Positions 62,779 through 64,000 of a stretch of 64,000 nucleotides of DNA are shown here, one piece after another. The position numbers were made by a program, and so were the translations under genes. The notes below the pieces were generated by a model. It had not been told where the DNA came from. It ran no database searches and was given only the letters and a program-made list of their open reading frames with translations. The DNA lies in assembly GCA_964532285.1 (NCBI GenBank), contig CAZHHB010000001.1, forward strand, positions 895-64,894. The letters run 5' to 3'. Positions within the stretch are counted from its first letter, which is position 1. Every line of letters begins with the position of its first letter. This DNA comes from an uncultured Candidatus Saccharibacteria bacterium (GTDB lineage Bacteria; Patescibacteriota; Minisyncoccia; Phycocordibacterales; PALSA-1337).

Positions 62779-64000
62779 ATGAGTTCCTACATCTGGTTCG
62801 CCCTTATTACATCCGTGATCGCTATCGCTTACGGAGCTTTTCTTATTTCTTCAATATTGAAGAAGCCAACTGGCAACGACAAAATGCGCGAGATCGCCGC
62901 TGCCATCCAAGCCGGAGCAAAAGCATATCTCAATCGCCAATACCGTACTATCACTATGATAGCGGTTGTGCTTTTCATAATTCTTTGGTTGGGACTGGGG
63001 ATCGAGATTGCTCTAGGCTTCATCGTCGGAGCCGTCCTATCAGCATTGACTGGATATATCGGCATGAATGTCTCTGTAAGATCAAATATTCGCACCGCTG
63101 AAGCCGCTAGAAATGGTCTAGGAGCAGCACTCTCTCTCGCTTTCCGAGGAGGTGCAGTCACGGGACTTCTAGTAGTAGGTTTGGCACTGCTTGGTGTCAC
63201 TGGATTCTACGCTATTACTGGGAGTGTAGATTCTCTCATTGGTCTAGCTTTCGGAGCCAGCTTGATCTCTGTATTCGCTCGTTTGGGTGGAGGAATATTC
63301 ACCAAAGCCGCTGACGTAGGAACTGATCTCGTAGGCAAGGTTGAAGCAGGTATTCCAGAAGATGATCCACGAAATCCTGGAGTTATCGCTGACAATGTCG
63401 GTGACAATGTCGGTGACTGTGCAGGTATGGCGGCTGACTTATTCGAAACATACGCTGTTACGACCATAGCCGCTATGATGCTCGGCGCTACCATATTCCA
63501 GGGCTTTGATGGCGCTCTCATATACCCATTGGTTCTCGGAGGCATCGCTATCATCGCTTCTATCATCGGCACATGGTTCGTTAGACTCGGTAAGTCCCAA
63601 AATATCATGGGGGCTATGTACAAAGGTCTCGCTGTAGCTGGTGTCTTGGCTGCTATCGCCTTCTACCCTGTTACAAACCTGATCATGAAAGACAATGGAA
63701 CTTACAGTGTGCTCAATCTATTCGGATGTACGATCGTAGGATTACTCGTTACAGCTTTCCTCGTTATCATCACTGAATATTACACTTCTACGAAATATAA
63801 ACCGGTAAAATCAATCGCTCTAGCTTCAGTTTCCGGTCATGGAACAAATATCATTCAGGGTCTAGCTATCTCAATGAAAGCTACGGCATGGCCACTTGTC
63901 ACCATCGTCGCCGGTATATTGGCCGCTTATTACTTCGCTGGACTATACGGTATAGCAGTAGCCGCTATGAGCATGCTTTCTATGGCCGGTATCATCGTTG
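62779..64000 (+). CDS. hppA: K+-insensitive-type membrane-bound H+-translocating pyrophosphatase (partial, runs off the window end)
   Basis: Frame translation gives ...[56 protein letters not shown]..., which matches canonical H+-PPase motifs. It is absent from the ORF track because there is no stop within the window. Confidence 0.9.
   Translation, partial: MSSYIWFALITSVIAIAYGAFLISSILKKPTGNDKMREIAAAIQAGAKAYLNRQYRTITMIAVVLFIILWLGLGIEIALGFIVGAVLSALTGYIGMNVSVRSNIRTAEAARNGLGAALSLAFRGGAVTGLLVVGLALLGVTGFYAITGSVDSLIGLAFGASLISVFARLGGGIFTKAADVGTDLVGKVEAGIPEDDPRNPGVIADNVGDNVGDCAGMAADLFETYAVTTIAAMMLGATIFQGFDGALIYPLVLGGIAIIASIIGTWFVRLGKSQNIMGAMYKGLAVAGVLAAIAFYPVTNLIMKDNGTYSVLNLFGCTIVGLLVTAFLVIITEYYTSTKYKPVKSIALASVSGHGTNIIQGLAISMKATAWPLVTIVAGILAAYYFAGLYGIAVAAMSMLSMAGIIV

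Noticed and set aside
1-64000. CRISPR arrays, rRNA genes, canonical tRNA genes, transposases or integrases
   Set aside because: No regularly spaced direct repeats with unique spacers were seen. No 16S or 23S-like conserved blocks. The only GGTTCGATTCC T-arm found belongs to the tmRNA. No ORF shows DDE transposase or tyrosine/serine recombinase motifs.

Overview
AT-rich (about 40% GC) bacterial window with tightly packed genes. Gene content points to a reduced CPR/Patescibacteria-like genome, though that is an inference. Most of the minus strand carries the str–S10–spc ribosomal-protein super-cluster. In transcript order it reads rpsL, rpsG, fusA, tuf, rpsJ, rplC, rplD, rplW, rplB, rpsS, rplV, rpsC, rplP, rpmC, rpsQ, rplN, rplX, rplE, rpsN, rpsH, rplF, rplR, rpsE, rplO, secY, adk, map. 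There is no L30 gene between S5 and L15. Four insertions break the cluster: a 3-kb plus-strand surface-protein gene between fusA and tuf; an efflux–purD–transporter–DKNYY–NYN block between rplC and rplD; a four-gene pseudopilin operon between rpsS and rplB; and a Fic / solute-binding protein / TrmB-like block between rpsN and rplE. Each fragment appears to have its own sigma70-like promoter, and two of these promoters share a conserved ~60-nt module. Other genes: tmRNA plus smpB, a PLD-family cardiolipin-synthase-like gene, infC-rpmI-rplT, a TTHA0252-type beta-CASP RNase, ndk, type IV pilus and competence genes (PilB, PilC, pseudopilins, and a ComEC split into a channel gene plus a separate degenerate MBL-domain gene), RecJ, RNase HI with an unusual C-terminal hybrid-binding domain, HIT, pgk, tpiA, a DinJ-YafQ toxin-antitoxin pair inside a GC-richer islet, NusA, a SixA-like phosphatase, and a partial H+-pyrophosphatase at the 3' edge. 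The most unusual content is non-coding. (1) A 113-nt perfect repeat occurs in inverted copies on both sides of the beta-CASP RNase gene, each enclosed by a different but self-complementary outer stem. (2) Long perfect palindromes (28–30 bp arms) fit exactly between convergent or tandem stop codons (secY/adk, nusA/C39). (3) Two families of small hairpin repeats sit at gene 3' ends, and their covarying stems imply selection on structure. (4) purD is a lone cassette flanked by 56-bp perfect direct repeats that duplicate the 3' end of the adjacent MacB-like permease gene. (5) A fourfold GATAAA repeat at 11-bp phasing lies upstream of both halves of the split ComEC, and a CCAAGATCCGATCTTGG palindrome family overlaps -10 boxes. 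(6) A candidate RiPP/bacteriocin-like locus at 60.1–62.6 kb has an M16 peptidase, a terminator, its own promoter, two paralogous SD-equipped mini-ORFs (30 and 36 aa), a strong attenuating terminator, and a C39-like peptidase. No CRISPR array, rRNA or canonical tRNA was seen.
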